Assembly (NCBI RefSeq): GCF_009914755.1
Contig: NC_060926.1
DNA length: 64,000 bases
Strand: one strand, 5' to 3'
Origin: the human T2T-CHM13v2.0 reference genome, Homo sapiens
Below are positions 1 to 13,839 of this stretch, piece after piece. The position numbers and the translations under genes were made by a program. Below the pieces are notes generated by a model. That model was not told the origin of the DNA and did not search any database. It worked only from the letters and a program-made list of their open reading frames with translations. Positions within the stretch are counted from its first letter, which is position 1; the number at the start of each line of letters is the position of its first letter.

Positions 1-1740
1 AGAGTTTTTTGGTATGTCAGTTCTCTCAGATTTTCTACGAACTTGCCATTTATGAACAAAGACAGTTTTATTTCTTTCTTCAAAATCTGTATATATTTTT
101 TCTTCATTTAGTTAGCTCATTGCATTAGCTACAATTTCCAGTATGATGTTAAACAGGAGTGGTGAGAATATAGAAAAAAACTAGTTTCTCATCCCTAAGG
201 ATGACACTAGCTGTATTTTTTTGGTATGTGTCCTTTATCAAATTGAAGACATTCCCCTCTATGCCTAGTATAATGAGAGTTTTTACTATAAATTGATGAT
301 GAATTTTGTGATTTTTTTACATCTAATGATGTGATTGTATAATTATCTTTTTTAACTTGTTGATATGATAGCTTAACATTAATTGATTTTTACACATTGA
401 ACCAATATTTTATACCAGAAGTAAATCCCATTAAATTATGGTATAAAATTATTTTCATATATTATTTGATTTGGATTCAATATTCTAGTATTTTGTTGAG
501 GATTATAATATGAACAGGAAGCAGGGAAATACTGGGTAGAAGAGGGTGGTTCCCCAGCAAAAGCCCCACCCTCAAGCCTAGAAACCCATGGCCCTAAATG
601 GGAACAGACATTCCTGTTTTTTTGCCCAAATGTTGCCTTGTCCAAGACCACTCTGACCCACCATTCCTTCATCCTGTACCCATAAAAACCCCAAAAGCAG
701 AAGAGTGGCAGAGTGGCAGAGGAGCAGAACAGTACAACAGAGAAGGAGAGAAGAGAAGGAGCATCTGAAAGTTGAGAGGAGTTTGTCTTGGGACATCAGA
801 GAGATCAGCCACTGGATGGCCCAACTCCAGGGAAACATCATCTTCCCACTCCATCCCCTTTCCAGCACCCCATCCATCCCACTGAAAGCCACCTCTATCA
901 ATTAATAAAATCCCTGCATTCACCATTCTTCAAGTCTGCATGATCCAATTATTCCTGGACACCAGTGAAGGCCCAAGTACAAAGAGGGCAGGATGTAAAA
1001 GGCTGTTACCCTGACTCTCCACTGAGCTGGTTTAACACTTAGCCATCTGTGGACAGCAACTGCTAAAAGAGCATTAATTGTAACACACCCCTAGGGTGTG
1101 TTACAGTGGGCCACAGCCCAAAAGCACTCATCCCAACTCCTGCACCTGCCTGTCTGTGTGCTGCCCCTCACATAAGGGATTTGAGCTCAGGGCAGCCAGC
1201 TGGGCAAACAAACCATCCTCCTGTCACAAGTCCCACAAAGGGGTCAGGAAACTCTCCTGTCTCAATTAGTGCATTCACATTTATGAGAGATATTGACCTT
1301 TACGGTATGTCTTTATTTTCGTTTGTTATTAAGGCAGCGCTGGCCTTATAGAATGAATTAGAAAGTGTTCCTTCTGTCTATATTTTTACAAGAGGTTGTG
1401 GAGAGTTAATATACTATTTTACTTAAATGCTTTGTAGAATTCATAGTGAACCCATCTGGACCTGGTGTTTCTGTTTTGGAGGACTATTGTCTATTCAGTT
1501 ACTCTAATAGATATAGTCCTATTTGGATTATCTATTTCTTCTCATGTGAGTTTTGATAGATTGTGTTCTTCATGAAATTGGTGCATTTCATCTAAGTTGT
1601 CAGATTTGTGGGCCTAGAGTCTTTCATAATATTAATTTATTTTCCTTTTGCCCACAGGATCAGTAGTGATGGCTCCATTTTCATTTCTGAGAATGGTAAT
1701 TTGTGTCACTTTTTTCTTGGTTAAATGCTCATTTTCCCTT
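1..1740 (-). mobile_element. Old L1M ORF2 fragment, interrupted by a solo LTR at 506-1264
   Basis: Antisense L1 ORF2-like sequence on both sides of the LTR; the halves rejoin as ttttgttgaggatta|gtgcattcacatttatgagagatattg, resembling the L1 consensus. Confidence 0.8.
506..1264 (+). mobile_element. Solo LTR, LTR1-like (ERV1 class)
   Basis: Starts taatatgaacaggaagcagggaaatactgggtagaagaggg and ends ggaaactctcctgtctca; AATAAA near 904; 4-bp TSD ATTA at 502-505 and 1265-1268. Confidence 0.85.
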
Positions 1741-3825
1741 CTGACATTTTTGTTTTCTTACGTACATAGACACACATGTGCACACACACATACTTTCTAT
1801 TCTCGAGAGAGAGAGGTATAGAAATGCACATTGTGACAGACTGTTAGTCCTTCTGCTTTTGTTGGCAAACAATGTGAATAATATATAAAAAGGAAGCTCA
1901 CTTACTTGACTATTATCAAACCCAGGCGTGCACCATGTGGAAATCAGGAGAATAATAACTGCCAGGCTTTTGATGGCCTCCTGTATACCCAAAGCAATAA
2001 ATGGAAAGTAATTTGCTTTTTCATAAATTTCTAAAACTCCCCAAGATGGAACTTCACTGTATTTTTCAGAGAAATAAATTAAATTAGTCAACATAAGCTA
2101 CAAAATATATGAAAAAATGTGAGGTTGTATTTTGAATCCATGTCTTTCAGACTTCAAAACCTATCCTCTGAAAATTCTTCTTTGTTGCTTGTGATAATTC
2201 AACCTCCATTGACCTGAGTTCTGAGTTCCAAGAAAAAATATCTAACTAGTATAGTTCTTGTTTTTTAGCACAAGATAAAATAAATAACACTTTCGTAGAT
2301 ACTGGAACTTAGCTACTTTTTAGCACATTAAGTTATTTTAATGCTGTTGCCTATTCCTAACGTTAGAGTTATGGTGAAAGAAAAAAAAAATAGTAAGTTG
2401 TGAAATTATTTTCAAAGCTTATTTGAAAGTATAAATTATTGTAATAAAAGTGGCATATGTTATGAATAAATCAATGAACAAATATGATTGATAAACTTTA
2501 TTGATTATATGTCCAGAATTCTGCACTACTTATGTGTGATTTTATGCCATTAGTGAAGCCAGTGGTTATAAATCAGTTGCAGGGAGGGGAGACAGGTGCC
2601 TTAAGGTCATTGTCTTTACTGATGCATTTTTATTATCACTATTTGTTATTGACAGTTTCAATATTAGAAACTATTAGATATATCCCCTTAAATGACTTCT
2701 AGAAGCAAATTTTTTCCAGGTGATTTTGAAATGCCCTTTGAACAAAAGCTTCTTAAATAAATTTGAATAGACTGATCAAGGGCACATAATATATGTTTAA
2801 CACAAAGAATATGAATTCAAAAAATAATCTTTCTGAAAATAACAAAATGATTATGATTAATTACATACATATACACATCTTCCATGAATCTCTGAATAAA
2901 TTAGAAGTGGCTTACCTAAGTTCTTTACATTATATTTAATCTTATTAATTTCCTTTGTATAGGTATATGAGAAATGGTAGGCTTGATAGCCCCAGACCCT
3001 AGTCTAAGATAATATCAGACACAGAAGAGATACTTTACTCAGTCATTCTTCATCACCATACTTGTCAAGAGCATGCCCAAGAGGTGAACAGAATTTGCAA
3101 TACATGGCAGGAGAAAGGTAAAGAGATCCAGAAAGAAAAGAAAGAGAAGAAATGGGAAGAAAGAAATGATAAAACAAAAAAACGAAAAAACAGCTTTAGA
3201 AGCAGTGGCTCTTTCTTTGCAGAGTAGAGTCGAATCTCCCATCTGATTTTTATTAGGTTTCCTTTTTGAAATGGGAAGATGAGTGGGAGAGGTGTGGGAG
3301 GATACAGGAGCAAAGCATGAGTAAATTGTTAGGGGAGAGAAACATTTCTTGAATGAGATGTTATAGATTGCTACACCATTTACTTAGGATATAGAGTATT
3401 TCTTTATTTGAATTTTCAGCCCTGATAAAATGTTTGTAATTTCTACACTGTCAGAGGAAAAGTCCCCATAGCATTTTGTAACTCCCAATTTGCATAGTTG
3501 ATTTTACATGTTTTCAACAGTCTGTCAAGCTGCTTACAGCTGTAACATTTCTCCTCTGGAACACTGGAAAGACACTGTGTTGGAATATTGTGTTGGTAAA
3601 TTAGCAAGCCATATTAGAATTCTGAGAGGGATGAAAGCAAATTTCTTTGCAGCTGCACATATGGGGCTGGTGGTTAAGGGCATGACTCACAGGTTTAGGA
3701 TCTCTGGAAACAAATGCTTCTCAGTGTCAGATAAGTCTAAGCCAGTCTTACCTAGAAAACACTTAAAAAAGTAGTGCCTGGAAGTCACCTTAGATTAGTA
3801 AAATCAGAATCTCTCAGAGACCTGG

Positions 3826-3830
<5 letters not shown>

Positions 3831-3880
<50 letters not shown>
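3831..3880. repeat. (CA)25 microsatellite
   Basis: Perfect CA run seen directly. Confidence 0.98.
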
Positions 3881-3884
<4 letters not shown>

Positions 3885-4039
3885 CATATTTTATTTTAAT
3901 ATGTAGACAAGGTTTAGGGCAATTTTTCTAAGACATTAACAAGGGAAAGTAAGCTGAGGGAGACTAGGAGCTGGGCCAAGGACCATCACATATTGGTGGA
4001 GATCCATCTAGTATCTGGTACTGTCAGAACTCTTTGTTT

Positions 4040-4213
4040 TATTTATTTTTATTTTTAAATTTTTTTAGACACAGGGTTTCACTCTGTCACCCAAGCTGGA
4101 GTTCAGTGGCACAATCATGGATCACTGCAGCCTCGAGATCCAGGGCTCAAGCTATCCTCCCACCTCAGCCTTCCAAAGTGCTGGGATTATAGGCATGAAC
4201 TACCACATCTGGC
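4040..4213 (-). mobile_element. Alu monomer (FRAM/AluJ-like)
   Basis: T-rich tail, then acagggtttcactctgtcacccaagctggag...ccaaagtgctgggattataggcatgaactaccacatctggc; one arm long. Confidence 0.85.
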
Positions 4214-4451
4214 TATCAGTGTTTTATCCCTCACACCACTCCCACCCTTTCACCCAAGTCCCCAGAATCTATTATATCATTCTTACACCTTTGCTGCCGC
4301 ATAGCTTAGCTCCCACTTATAATTGATAACATAAAATGTTTGTTTTTTCATTCCTGAGTGACTTCACTTAGAATAATGGTCTCCAATTCCATCCAGTTTG
4401 CTGAAAATACCACTATTTCATTCCTTTTTATGGCTGAGTAGTATTCCATGG

Positions 4452-4466
4452 TGTATATATGTATAC

Positions 4467-4499
<33 letters not shown>

Positions 4500-4507
4500 T
4501 ATATACG

Positions 4508-4584
<77 letters not shown>
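4452..4584. repeat. Compound (TA)n/(CA)n microsatellite inside the L1
   Basis: Alternating TA and CA blocks seen directly. Confidence 0.95.
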
Positions 4585-5282
4585 GCCACATTTTCTTCAT
4601 CCACTCATTGGTTGATGAGCATTTAGGCTGATTCCATATTTTTGCAATTGCAAATTGTGCTACTATGTACAAATGTCTTTTTTGTATAATGACTTCTTTT
4701 CCTTTGGGTAGATACCCAGTACTGGGATTGTTGGATAAAATAGTAATTCCTACTTTAAATTATTTAAGGAATCTCCATACTGTTTTCCATAGTGCCTATA
4801 CTAGTTTACATCTCTATCAGCAGTGTAGAAGTGTTCCTTGTTCACCGCATCCACATAAACATTTATTATTTTTTGATTTGTTGATTATGGCCATTCTTGC
4901 AAGAGAAAGATGGTATTGCATTGTGGTTTTGATTTGCATTTCCCTGATCATTAGCGATGTTGAGCATTTTGTAAAATACCTATTAGTCATTTGTATATAT
5001 TCTTTGATAACGTCTATTCATGTCCTTAGCCTACTTTTCGATGGAATTATTATTATTTTTTTTGCTTATTCTTTGAATTCCTTGTAGATTCTGGATATTA
5101 GTCTTCTGTGGGATGCACAGTATGTGAACATCTTCTCCTATTATGTGGGTTGTCTGTTTACTCTGCTGAGTATTTCTTTTGCTGTACAGAAGCTTTTTAG
5201 TTTAAGTCCCATTTATTTATCTTTGTATCTTTTGTATTTGCCTTTGGGTTCTTGGTCATGAACTCCTTGCCAAAGCCAATGT

Positions 5283-6315
5283 TGTTTTAGTCCGTTAGCA
5301 TACTGCTATAAAAAACTACATAAGACTGGGTAATTTATAAAAATAAAAAAAAAAAACTACATTTTTTTTCCCCTAGGCCTCCATCCTGTGATGGGAGGAG
5401 CTGCCATGAACATCTCTGAAATGCTCTGGAGACATTTTCCCCATTGTCTTGGCTATTAGCATTCGGTTCCTCATTACTTATGCAAATTTCTGTAACCAGC
5501 TTGCATTTCTCCCTAGAAGATGGGGTTTTCCTTTTACCACATGGTCAAGCTGCAAATTTTCCAAACTTTTATGTTTTGCTTCTCTTTTAAACATAAGTTT
5601 CAATTTTAGATCATGTCTTTTTGAATGCATATGACTGTACACTTTCAGAAAGTGCAAGGTCACCTCTTGAATGCTTTACTGTTTAGAAACTTCTTCCACC
5701 AGATACCCTAAATTATCTCTCTCAAGTTCAAAGATCTACAGGTCTCTAGAGCAGGGGCAAAATGCTTCCAGTCTCTTTACTAAAGCATAGTAAGTGTGAC
5801 CTTTGCTCCAGTTCCCAATAAGATCCTTATTTTCATCTGAGACCACCTCAGCCTGGATTTCACTGTCCATATCACCATCAGCATTTTCGTCAAAACCATT
5901 CGACAAGTCTCTGGAAAATTTCAAACTTTCCTGCATATTCCCGTCCTCTTCTGAGCCTTCCAAACTGTTCCAACCTCTGCCCATTGCTTGGTTCCAAAGC
6001 TGTTTCTACATTTTCAGGTATCTTATAGCAATGCCCCAATTATCTCGGTACTAATCTTTTGTATTAGTCCATTTTTGCACTTCTATAAAGAACTACTTGA
6101 GATTGGGTGATTTATAAAAGGGAAGTTTAATTATCTCACAGTTCTGTATGGCTGGGAAGACCTCAGAAAACTTAGAATTATGTCAGAAGGTGAAGGAAAA
6201 GCAAGGCATGTCTTACATGGAGGCAGAAGAGAGAGAGAGAGGGTAGAACTGTCAAACACTTTAAAACAATTATATGTCTTGAGAATTCATTCACTATCAT
6301 AAGAACAGCGTGGGT
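5283..6315 (-). mobile_element. THE1/MST-type MaLR remnant: LTR stub, internal sequence, truncated second LTR (from about 6060)
   Basis: Two tgt(a/t)ttagtcc LTR ends at 5283 and 6060; internal ORF 5736-5984(-) GRGWNSLEGSEED is typical of THE1/MST internal sequence. Confidence 0.88.
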
Positions 6316-9300
6316 TTGGTTTGTTCTTGTTTCTCTAGTTCCTTGAGGTGTGAGGTTAGGTTTTCAGACTTTTTGATGTAGCTGTTTAATGCTATGAACT
6401 TTCCTCTTAGCACTGCTTTTGCTATATCCCAGAGTTCTTTATAGGTCATGTAACTATTATTGTTCAGTTCAAATAAATCTTAAATTTCCATCTTAACGTC
6501 ATTGTTTGCCCAAAGATCATTCAGGAGCAGGTTATTTAATTTCCATGTGTTTGCATTGTTTTGAGGGTTTCTTCTGGAGTTGATTTCCAATTTTATTCCA
6601 CTGTGGTCTGACATAATTTCAATTTTTTAACATTTATTGAGACTTGTTCTGTGGCCTGTCATATGGTCTATCTTGGAGAATGCTCCATGTGCTGATGAAA
6701 AGAATTTATATTCTGCAGTCATTGGGTAGAATGTTCTGTCAATATCCTTTAAGTCCATTTGTTCTAGGGTATTGTTTAAGTCCATTGTTTCTTTTTTGAC
6801 TTTCTATCTTGATGACCTGTCTAGTGCTGTCAGTGGAGTATTGAAATCCCCCACTATTAATGTGCTGCCATCTATGTTATTTCTTAGGTGTAGTAGTAAT
6901 TGTTGTATAGATTTGGAAACTCCAGTATTAGGTACATATCTATTTAGGATGGCAATATTTTCCTGTTGGACTTTCCTTTTACCATTATATAATGTCTCTC
7001 TTTGTCTTTTTTAACTGTTGTTGCTTAAAGTCTCTTTTGTCTGAGATAAGAATAGTTACTCCTGCTCACTTTTGGTTTTCATTTGCATGGAATATCTTTT
7101 TCCACCCCTTTACCTGATGTTTATGTGAGTCCTTATATTTTAGGTGAGTCTCTTGAAGACAGCAGGTACTTGATTGGTGGGTTTTTATCCATTCTGCAAT
7201 TCCATATCTTTTAAGTGGAGCATTTAGGCCATTTACATTCAATGCTAGTATTGAGATATGAAGTACTGTTCTACTCATTATGCTAGTTGTTGCCTGAATA
7301 CACTGGGATTTTTTTTCATTGTGTTATGGTTTTATAGACCCTTTGAGATATACACTTTAAGAAGGTTCTATTGTGGTGTATTTCAAGGTTGTTTTTCCAA
7401 GATTTAGAATTCCTTTTGTCATTTCTTGTAGTGCTGGCTTGGTAGTGGTGAATTCTGTCAGCATTTGTTTGTCTGAAATAGACAAACAAATCTTTTTTTT
7501 ACCTCTTCTTCCTTTATAAAGCTTAAATTATCTCTTCTTCATTTATAAAGCTTAGTTTCACTGGATACAAAATTCTTGGCTGAAAATTGTTTTGGTTAAG
7601 GAGGCTGAAGATCCCAATCCCTTCTGGTTTGCAAGGTTTCCACTAAGAAAACTGCCGTTAATCTGATAGGATTTCCTTGATGGTTTACCTGATGCTTCTC
7701 TCTTACAGCTCTTCAGATTTCATTTGTCTTGACTTTAGATAACCTGATGACTATGTGCCTAGGTGTTGATCTTTTTGTGATGAATTTCCTGGGTGTTCTC
7801 TGTGCTTCTTGTACTTGGAAGTCTACATCTCTAGCAAGACTAGGGAAATTTTTCTCAATTGTTCCCTCAAATAAATTTTCCAGACCTTTGGATTTCTCTT
7901 TTTCCTCAGGAACACCAACTATTCTTATGTTTGGTCCTTTACCATAATCCCAAGCTTCTTGGAGGCTTTCTTCATTTTTAAAAATTATTTGTCTTTGTTA
8001 GATTGGGTCAGTTCAAAAGCCTTTTCTTCAAACTCTGAAGTTCTTTCTTCTACTTGTTTGATTCTATTGTTGAAACTTTCCAGTGTATTTTACATTTCTC
8101 TATGTGAGTCTTTCATTTCCAGAAGTTACGATTGTCTTTTCTTTACAATATCTGTTTCTCTGGAGAATTATCTTTCAATATCCCGTATTTTTTTTTTAAT
8201 TTCTTTAAGTTGTTTTTCACCCTGCTTTTATGCCTTTTTGAGTAGCTTAACAGTCAACCTTCTGAATTCTTGATCTGGCAATTCATAGATTTCTTCTTGA
8301 TTTGGATCCAATGCTGGAGAGCTAATAAGGTGCATTGAAGGTGTTATAGAAACTTGTTTTGTCATATTACCAGAGTTGTTTTTCTGATTCCTTCTTATTT
8401 TGTAGACTGTTTCACTGGAAAGACATAGAAGTCAAGATCTGCTGTTCAGATTCTTTTGTCCCATGGGGTTATCCCTTGATGTGGTGCTCTCCCCTTTCCT
8501 CTAGGGAAGTGGCTTCCTCAGAGCCAGACTGCAGTGATTGCTATTGCCCTTCTGAGTCTAGCCACCCAGTGGGGCTACCGGACTCCAGGCTGGTGCTGAG
8601 GAATGTTTAAAAAGAATCCTGTGATATGATCCATCCTGAGATCTCCCAGTTGTGGATACCAGTACTGCTCTGGTCGTTAAGTGGCAGGAGAGTGAAGTGG
8701 ACTCTGTTAGAGTCCTTGGTTATAGTTTTGTTTAGTGAAATGGTTTTCTCAAATGTGGGTTATGCTAGCAGTGAAGTTGTCACATGGATAGACTCAGGAC
8801 CTCTGTTTAGCCAAGGTGTTGCAGGTGGTGAAATTAGCTGTTGTTACCTTCTTTGGAGCAAGGTTGCTCTGTTATGAGTTGCTTAGTGGCTTGAGTTGCT
8901 TGGCCTCCAGTCAGGAGGTGTTGATTTCAAGAGAGCACCAGCTGCAGTAGTAGAAGGATGATATAGGCTTGCCCTACATTGTCTAGGACAAGTGTTCAGT
9001 TTTCTCAGGTGATGGGTGAGGCATAGAGCTCCCAAGAGTTTATGTCTTTTGTCTTTGGCTACCAAGGTGGGTAGAGAAAAACCATCAGGTGGGAGTAGGG
9101 TTGATGGGTCTGAGTTCAGAATCTCCTTGGGCGGGGCTTGCTGCAGTGGAGTTTTTCAACTGTCTTGCAGTATTTGCAGCAGCAAGCCACTGCTTTTAAA
9201 GGGTCCACAAATTCTTACAGTCTTCCTGTTGTGTTCCTGCAGTGGTTCTTGGAGCAAAAGTTCTCAATGTGTGTCTCCAGACGCTGTTCTGTCCATGCAA

Positions 9301-9515
9301 GCAGGAGCTGCACATTAGTCCTATCTCCTATCAACCATCTTTTCCTCCATCTACCCATAAATTTTTATTTTCCAACAATAACTCCTAAAGTACACCAAAT
9401 GTCAGTGGATGAACAACTAAGCTACAGGCTTATTTGCAAAAGTAACCTGAGGCTTTGAAAACACCAGTAAATGCAAACAATCAATATCATGTTAAGCAAA
9501 AGTTATATCTAAGTA

Positions 9516-10231
9516 CAGAGGGTCCCCAACTTACAATGGTTCAGCTTATAATTTTCCAGCTTTACAATGGTGCAAACATGATATGTATTCTGTAACAACT
9601 GTACTTTGAATTTTGATCTTTTTTTCTGGGCTAGCAATATGCAGCACAATACTCTCTGGTCGGGGTGATGCTGGGCAGCAACAATGAGTGACAGCTCCCA
9701 GTCTGCCACGTGATGATGATGGTTAAACAACCAATATTCTGCAGTGTATGGTGTGGCCAGCACTTTATAGATAATTATGAAAAGGAAAAACTGTACAGTC
9801 AAAACTTAATATCTTCCTGAAGAACACTGTGCCTACTACTCTTAAGCCTCATCAAAAGAGAGAGAAATTGATGACCCTGTTGCTATAGCATCCCCATCAT
9901 CCAGCTATTAATTTTAGTTCAATTCTTCAAACACTCTCCAGGCCTAGTGTGCTTTTGGCTGTGTACATGAATGATGAACACTCATATTCTCAGTATAGTA
10001 TTCAATAGTTTAAATAAGATATTCAACACTTTATTATACAATATGTTTGTGTTGGATGATTTTTCTCAACAGTAGACTAATGTATGTATTCTGAGCATGT
10101 TAAAGGTAAGTTGGAGTAAGCTATGATATGTGGCAGGCTATGTGTATTAAACACATTTTCAACTTAAAATATTTTCACCATAGGATGGGTTTATTGGGCC
10201 TGTAACATCATCATAATATGAGGAGTATCTG
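9516..10231. mobile_element. MER47/Tigger5-family DNA transposon relic
   Basis: Imperfect terminal inverted repeats cagagggtccccaacttacaatgg ... tcataatatgaggagtatctg; TA on the left flank. Confidence 0.75.
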
Positions 10232-12766
10232 CAGTATATCTGGCTCAATTAAGATAACCTCTTGGCAATCACATTCTCTCTTTATTTCGTTTTATATGAC
10301 TGCACAAATTGAATTCTTGCTCAAGAAAAAGAGAAAGTTAAGGGAAAGTGGAGGTTTGAGAGATATCAGAATCTGGTGGCATGCCTCCCTCTTATGTTCT
10401 GAGCCTGTGGATATTTCTTTAAAGACTCCCTTTAAGGGGGACACACGCTGAGTGTTCTATTGCAGCACTTGAAAATTACTAGAGCTCAGCCTGGATCTGT
10501 GGTGTCACTGTAGGTGGCTGTCTAGTCATAAGCCAAGAATCCTGCAGGAGGACAAAAACAAAAGACAGCTGTAGGCCAAAGAAAGCTCTGGACTGACACC
10601 CAGAATTCTAGTTAAAGAAGCAGGTGGTTTGGATGTGTGCCTTCACCAGGGATCTGAGGTTAAGGGGGTGGGGAAGATATTTGGCTTTCTGGCTGATTAC
10701 TGGGTGAAGAGAATAGGAGGCAGAAATGCCATCTTTTAATGGCATCAATGCAGATAATAAAGAATTCTAGGGTACAGCCACAGAATTTGGGATAGCATCA
10801 GGGAGTGACCATTGAAATGAAAACTATTAATAGTGGAGACGAAATAGATCTAATTTTTCTCTGTGGAAATCTTAATAGAGGAGAAAGGAATTCAGCCCAA
10901 TAAGATTTGAATGACATCTCAAGGGCTTTATAATCTATCCTAAAAAAGATGACAATTTAGTATAACTATGTAGTAATAAATACATAAATGGGTATGTACA
11001 TGAACACATATAGACATAAACATGTCTCTATTTCTTTACATATATACACACATACATAATAACCACGTAAATACAACTGTTGAAATGTATATGTAACAGA
11101 ACTATATAGGTAAATATGTAGATAAATATTGTTAATAAATATAACTCTAAAATCTACAGAATGGAAGGAAATTACAACTTTCCTGTTATGGGATTGTTTT
11201 GGAAGAGGAGTCAGTAAGGCACCGATGTGTGACAAAATTCACTGAGTCGTCTGGACATCCCAGGCACAGGTGATCCTGACCAATTGCTGTGACAAGTCTT
11301 GACTTTTTTGGTTGTTGTTTTTGGTGTATCACTTTAATGAGACCATTAGAAGTGAAGATAAAGATAAGTAGAGACTGTTTACTTGGCTGAGGCCTAAGGG
11401 CAATTTTAAAAAATCTAAAAAAAGTGCTTTGATTAAGATACGGTGTTCTATAAAGTAATGTAAGGTGGATTAATTTTAGTTGAATCATGTGCATGTGAAT
11501 TAAATTTTTTCTAAAGCTAAATTTATTCTTGTTTCTGCCAGAACATTTTTTTCACCAGATACTTATCTTTATTTTCTTATTTAAACATTTGTTGCAAGGC
11601 ATTCAGTATCTGAAATCATGGTTCTAGAGAGATGCAGACCTGGTCTTTCTATTTTGTGCTGAAAAAATGATGTGAAAAGTATCTAAATTAGCCTGGTTGT
11701 GTTGCTGTCTGGGCTGTAGTACAGGTGTCTCTGCCCTACTGCCATTTAAAAGTGAATAACCCAGACTTCAAAAATGCACTGTTCTTCCCCATCCTGGACC
11801 AATGCCATACTCTTTTGTTGAAAATAAGATTATTTTATTTGAGTGAGGGCTCTTTTTGTCATTCTTGGGCAGGAAAGTAGGCATGATTAAGATTGGGATA
11901 CAAAAATATTTTCTTCCATACAGGAGTCTAGGGAAAGTTTACCCTCATTCTTAGGAATGGGGGTTTGGGAAGTTCATAGTGCTTGGAGTAAGCTGGCCCA
12001 GCCACATTGAGACAGATTGTGATGATAAATATATGTTCACCAAATCAGAAAAGAAATCTTTTTAAATTGCTTCTGTTATTAGAAAAATTTTAGAGATCAA
12101 AGAACGGCCAGCTGGGTATTTGGATAAAGTATTTTGTGAGCAGGTAGGGTGAGGCAAGGAAGGATAGGCTTCTAGTAAGAACTGTGAGGAGTGAAAGCTG
12201 GTAAGAAACAGATGGTAAACAGGATTTAAGAAATACTGGCTGGTTTATATTGGCTCTCTCTGACATTTTTAAAGAAAGGCCTGCAAATATATGAATTATG
12301 ATTAATAAGTTTCATTTGTTGTTTGTGCTTCTGTGAATGTGTAACTATAGAGAGACATGGGCTCTATGCTTATATTTGAATGGCAAAGAACCCATAATTA
12401 TTTGAATACATATGCAATTTACAGTTTGTTGGTTAGCTTGCTTGCTTGTTAACAATAGCTTTAACTGGGAAGAGGTACAGTTTTCCCTTTGTCTAGATAG
12501 AAGATTATTTGACTTTCCTAGATTAGAGTCTGATGAGGGAAGGAATAGAATAGATTAAATTTTCAAAGAGACTGTATACAGTTGATGAGATTCATTTGGT
12601 GAGTGGAGCTTTTGACAAGTGGCAGAGAGTAGTAGCTCAGGACTATAACATGTAGTGTGAGTGTGTGGGATTACTGACCGGGCATTTTCATTGCAACAGG
12701 ATGCTTTTGCTCAACGTATGCCTTACCTTTAGTAAACCATATTAAAGCTTCATTGGGCTTCTTCTG

Positions 12767-13839
12767 TATCGGGGAACCTGCCCCGATATTCACGTAGGTT
12801 CTTTTCTATTTTCCCTAAGCATCGGCCAGCTTGAGAAATAAAGGGACAGAGTACAAAAGAGAGAAATTTTAAAGCTGGGTGTCCAGGGGAGAAATCACAT
12901 GTCGGTAGGTTCTGTGATGCCCGACAAGCTGCAAAAACCAGCAATTTTTGTTAGGGATTTTCAAAAGGGGAGTGAGTGTGTGAATAGGTGTGGGTCACAG
13001 ACATCAAGTACTTTACAAAGTAATAGAATATCACAAGGCAAATGGAGGCAGGGCAAGATCACAGGACCACAGGACCGGGGTGAAATTAAAATTGCTAATG
13101 AAGTTTCGGCCACCATTGTCATTGATAACATCTTATCAGGAGACAGGGTTTTGAGAGCAACCAGTCTGACCAAAATTATTAGGTGGGAATTTCGACTTCC
13201 TAATAAGCCTGGGAGCGCTATGGGAGACTGGGGTCTATTTCACCCCTGCAGTCTTGACCATAAGAGACAGGCACACCTTGGGGGGGGAGCCGTTTATAGG
13301 ACTATACCTCCAGACGTGTATTCTCTTTCCCAGGGATGTTCCTTGCTGAGAAAAAGAATTCAGTGATATTTCTCCCATTTGCTTTTGAAAGAAGAGAAAT
13401 ACGGCTCTGTTCCACCTGGCTCACTGGTGGTCAGAGTTTAAGGTTATCTCTCTTATTCCCTGAACAATTGCTCTTATCCTGTTCTTTTTTCAAGGTGCCC
13501 AGATTTCATATTGTTTAAACACACATGCTCTATAATTTGTGCAGTTAATGCAATTATCACATGGTCCTGAGGTGACATACATCCTCATCAGCTGACAGGA
13601 TTAAGAGATTAAAGTAAAGACAGGCATAGGAAATCACAAGGGTATTGATTGGGGAAGTGATAAGTGTCCATGAAATCTTTACAATTTATGTTTACAGATT
13701 GCAGTAAAGACAGGCATAAGAAATTATAAAAGTATTAATTTGGGGAACTAATACATGTCCATGAAATCTTCACAATCCACGTTCTTCTGCCATGGCTTCA
13801 GCCGGTCCCTCTGTTTGGGGTCCCTGACTTCCTGCAACA
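12767..13839 (-). mobile_element. MER11 solo LTR (HERV-K HML-8), about 1073 bp
   Basis: Minus strand starts TGTTGCAGGAAGTCAGGGACCCCAAAC; perfect 6-bp TSD CTTCTG at 12761-12766 and 13840-13845, the length typical of ERVK. Confidence 0.93.

Larger units (their letters stand above)
4214..9345 (-). mobile_element. Near-full-length L1PB-like LINE-1 (3'UTR and ORF2 end 4214-5282; ORF2 5' part, ORF1 and 5'UTR 6316-9345) with MaLR insertion and internal deletion
   Basis: ORF 7066-7278(-) ISILALNVNGLNAPLKR...CCLQETHL matches the L1 endonuclease N-terminus; ORF 4348-4560(-) ends like ORF2 (MEYYSAIKRNE...WMELETIILSEVTQE); 5' terminus reads AAGATGGTTGATAGG on the minus strand at about 9345. Confidence 0.9.

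Noticed and set aside
2940-3060. Splice-acceptor-like tttcctttgtatag as an exon start
   Set aside because: Such motifs are common by chance; no supporting coding frame or partner exons.
10455-10900. GC-richer segment that may be an old LTR
   Set aside because: I could not identify termini, a TSD or a family.
12899-13366. 155-aa ORF, the longest in the track
   Set aside because: Lies antisense within the MER11 LTR and has no recognisable domain.
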